Shown here: positions 60,791 to 64,000 of the stretch, piece by piece
How the letters are laid out: every line of letters begins with the position of its first letter
Position numbering within the stretch: the first letter of the stretch is position 1
Source of the DNA: Trichosphaerium sp. ATCC 40318
Taxonomy: Eukaryota; Protista; Tubulinea
Direction: 5' to 3'
Assembly (NCBI GenBank): GCA_038496445.1
Contig: JALMLS010000598.1
Location: forward strand, 62,001 to 126,000
DNA: 64,000 bases
The notes under the pieces: model-generated
The model's database searches: none
What the model was told of the DNA's origin: nothing
The model's input: only the letters and a program-made list of their open reading frames with translations
Made by a program: the position numbers and the translations under genes

Positions 60791-61956
60791 ATAATGAAAA
60801 GTATTTAGTCACACGTAATACACATGTGAAGCTATTGTACTTGACATGTAAATGATTAAAAAAGAAAATAAACCTCGTTTTCATAAACAGTAAAACAAAA
60901 ACTCCGCTTTTTGGTACGTGTAATTCTCGCTCCGCAACAACAAAAAAGCTCTCTAGAGGTCTGATACTATAGATATATATTGTGGGTTCCTAGGGAGGCA
61001 TAAGATTATACTTGGTAAATTAGTGTTGGGTCATCAATTTGTCAACTATCATGTACGGAGAAATACTACTGAAGTTTTGATAGACTTTTATTGTTGTAGT
61101 GTATTCGTAGACTTTTTTTAACAATATACGAGAGAATACGTTACACTGGGGATGAGGTCAAAGAACGTTACAGTCATGTGTACAGTGATTCATTTGAAAC
61201 AACAGAATCTTCGCACGTGATATTTTCAACTGTCTGTTTTTCAAGTTATTAGTTCTAGTGGCAATGTCGTATCTATTAAACTATGCCAACAATATATTAA
61301 CACACTCAGTGTCGAGTGATGGGAACCATAACGACATCACAATAAGTTCGTTTCTCTTTTGCAGACTTTTGTGTTTATGCTTGTTTCCTCCTTAGAGCAT
61401 GTGATATTTGAATTTATGTATTCCACAGACGTTAAAAGGAGAAGCGTACCCGGTTTTCTAAAGCTGTATTCTACTCCACCTAGAAGCAATGTAAATCCAT
61501 TGAGTCTAATGAATAATATTTCTACAGCTATAAGAGAACAAGGAGTATATGATGTCATAGTAAGTGTTGTATGAGATTGTATTTTTGACAAACCCTTAAA
61601 AAGTACGGAACGGTAACATAGAATACCCGGCATAAGTTTTTCCCGAACCATTGTAGAGTATAATTATTTGAATGTAACTATTCTGTAGTAAACACGGTGT
61701 TATTCTACGCTAGTACATATTTGTGAGTGTATATTTAGAAAAGGGCGAGGAAATTTTTTGTGATGTAAATTTTAGTTTCACATTAGCTCTAGCGACCAAT
61801 ATCATCCTGAGTAGCAAGTCACAGCTTTACAAGGTTATACGGTATGCATATACTATTATCTTGTGATTATGACAAACACAATAACGAGAATAGATACTGT
61901 GTATAGAGTGAAGTTACAACTTTTATTTAACTTCATTTTTTTTTACATTGATGCGT

Positions 61957-62460
61957 CTATTGCAGGGCTTTCAACATATGAATTTGTTTTTCAGGTCTCT
62001 CCTTGACAATGCTGAGCTCTTGGTTCCTCTTTTTCTTTAGAGTGGCTCTTCGAGATAAAGATACACATCCAATCATATTAAAATGTAAGCACTGCTTACA
62101 AAAACAATCCCACTTGTACATCCATCTTTTTTTTTTGTCGTAGTACCACTGGACGCCGTCATCGTACTGGTAAGGCAAGGCCACCATATCTTTCGTACTA
62201 TCTATGCTATCACACAACAAATCCAATCTTCGAATAGCCTTGTCATGATGAGGCGCTTGGTTAGATTCTGCAGAGCGGAGGAGTCGAAGATGTGCGATTT
62301 CTCTCTCTCGTAAATGTACAAATAACTTCTTCTTTTGTTGCCTGTACCGCCTTGCAATATATCGAAGTAGTCTATTACATCTTGCGAAGGCATTCCACGT
62401 AGGTGTATCGTTTATGTGTTTGGCTAAATAGTACAAAATGTCGGGGCATAATGTGCTCAT
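61957..62460 (-). CDS. Intronless divergent F-box-like protein
   Basis: MSTLCPDILYYLAKHINDTPTWNAFARCNRLLRYIA fits a degenerate F-box; the C-terminal part has CFCKQC. Confidence 0.65.
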   Translation of the reverse strand: MSTLCPDILYYLAKHINDTPTWNAFARCNRLLRYIARRYRQQKKKLFVHLREREIAHLRLLRSAESNQAPHHDKAIRRLDLLCDSIDSTKDMVALPYQYDDGVQWYYDKKKRWMYKWDCFCKQCLHFNMIGCVSLSRRATLKKKRNQELSIVKERPEKQIHMLKALQ

Positions 62461-62997
62461 TTGGCTTTCAAGGTTTTGTTACGGTTTTTTTGTTCAACGT
62501 TAGATGTGAGAAGATGTTTAGAAAATTATGCTGTTGGTTCAGAGAACGGTTTATTTTTGATTGGGTTCTCTAATCTCTGTAATAGTATATTCTTTTAGCT
62601 GGCTTGCAGTTTATGCTTGGTACGCCCTGAAGCAAACTAATCACTATAATGTTGACTTTAGTACGAGGTATTTCTGACAATAATGGGCTTAGGATGGATA
62701 CACAGTTTGCAACGTGTTATTTATTGCCAATCACATATTAATGTCTTTTATGCTTAATCCAGGGTGGTCACCCTTAATAGTATAAAAATAGAAATAACAC
62801 TTGTGGATATAGAGTAAATCGAAAGGAGCTGTGCTTAGCATAGTCCATTAATGGGTGATTTTCCTTAACTTTGCACCTAGGCAATGTCTATCATACTACA
62901 ACACATACTAAACTGTTCTATCGTCCAAAAATCTCTGAATGAACACCACGTATTTCTACCACTTTTTGGAACCTCGTACTACACAATAGAATCAAGA

Positions 62998-63175
62998 CCT
63001 GTTAGCGCTCTAACACCAACATCTGTCACATAATCTCAACCAGTAATATTGATGGTATGAACGCCATTCAGCTCTTTAATGCCTTCATCAGTTCCTGATG
63101 TGTGCCAAGAGCAATGGTATGAACACCTTGTAGATATATGCTTCATCAGTAAACTGATGTATCAGATATTTCTAT
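62998..63175 (-). pseudogene. Pseudogene of the GVHTI LRR family
   Basis: Reverse strand reads QGVHTIAL then, after a frameshift, HTSGTDEGIKELNGVHTINITG*DYVTDVGVRALTG. Confidence 0.75.
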
Positions 63176-63232
63176 GGAAAAGTGTGCACCACATCTTCAT
63201 TCATTTATGAATTTTACGCACTACCATTAATC

Positions 63233-63450
63233 TCAATGTGATGCTGGCCCAACAGTAGGATAGTATTTGTAAGTGACATCACTGAGCGGAAAAGCCAGTC
63301 GTCCTTAAGTTCATGCTAAGCGAACGGTTTTAATTTTAACTTACCTTTCCAACATTTTGTCAGTAGTCCTGAAAGTATTTGAACTCCATCCATATGCTTC
63401 ACATACCAACAGATCTACCAGAGTACGTATTTTGGAGTTGAGCTGAAATA
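63233..63450 (-). CDS. Possible 3' exons of an unidentified gene
   Basis: GTATG and GTAAG donors with in-phase exons ending GRLAFPLSDVTYKYYPTVGPASH*; upstream exons unresolved. Confidence 0.3.
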
Positions 63451-64000
63451 TTGTTAATTTAACGTTAAACCTACTTTTTTCAACGCTACTCTCCATTAGT
63501 AGCAAGTCACGTGACTTTTTGCTTTCCCTTTCATAAAAGTGTTACATATGCGCTTCAACCCACCTGAAAAATTACATGTTCTTTATTGTAAGCGTTGGGT
63601 TTGGCTACATCGCGAACTTAGGCAAAATGGTCTATTTCTTCGAAATCCGTTCTTTTGGAGCCCAACATTTTAGCAGAAAACGTATTTTTAGTCGATCGTG
63701 GCTCTATGCAATTTTCTCTAAAGTAGTGCAAACTCAACACTTACAATAATAACATTTTCAGCCCTAACCTTTTTCAAAATTAGCACGTGTTATTTTAATA
63801 TTTTTGACTAACTAGTATTGACACAGGTCGTTTGAATTGCTTAGGCTACCAATAGAAATTATATTTTGTATCCTGGCATTATTGGGTAAGAAATGCCGTA
63901 TATCTGCAACGTTTGTTTGTAAACTCTTTTCTACAATCATTTTGGAGCATTTGGGGTATTGTATGGTGAATGTCAATTCAAGAGAAGCTCTACTAACGCT

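Noticed and set aside
60960-61700. ORFs 61337-61651 (-) and 61359-61574 (+)
   Set aside because: No recognisable motif or consistent exon structure; possibly decayed coding sequence, but unsupported.
1-64000. Alternative genetic code, U12-type introns, CRISPR arrays, rRNA, viral core genes
   Set aside because: The genes I traced splice into open frames with the standard code and GT(GC)-AG introns. I saw no RTATCCTT donors, spaced direct-repeat arrays, rRNA, or capsid/polymerase/packaging ATPase motifs.

Overview
AT-rich, intron-dense eukaryotic nuclear DNA in the standard genetic code, with short GT-AG introns (often GTACG donors). The gene content (ependymin-related protein, Zn2Cys6 factor, GRAM-Qbc SNARE, RalGAP) suggests a free-living protist, most likely an amoebozoan; this is inference. 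Four layers are visible. (1) Multi-exon host genes: GH81 glucanase-CBM6, C2-C2-ARM protein, EEP nuclease/phosphatase, ependymin-like protein, DEAH helicase, FBXL, Zn2Cys6 factor, GRAM-SNAP25-like SNARE, RalGAP-alpha-like protein and a divergent actin. (2) An intact, full-length non-LTR retrotransposon (ORF1 plus APE-RT-RNase H-ZnF ORF2, about 2242-9171) with an 11-bp GC-rich target-site duplication and a (CAAA)n tail; its 5' hairpin loop is complementary to its own tail/target junction. (3) Several intron-poor F-box genes (21/22-aa LRR, MORN-variant, F-box only) plus decayed remnants, similar in style to giant-virus proteins, and two bacterial-type enzymes. (4) A tRNA-Gln(TTG)-like gene with mismatches at acceptor positions 1-2. 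Exon boundaries were traced by eye and multi-exon gene coordinates are approximate.
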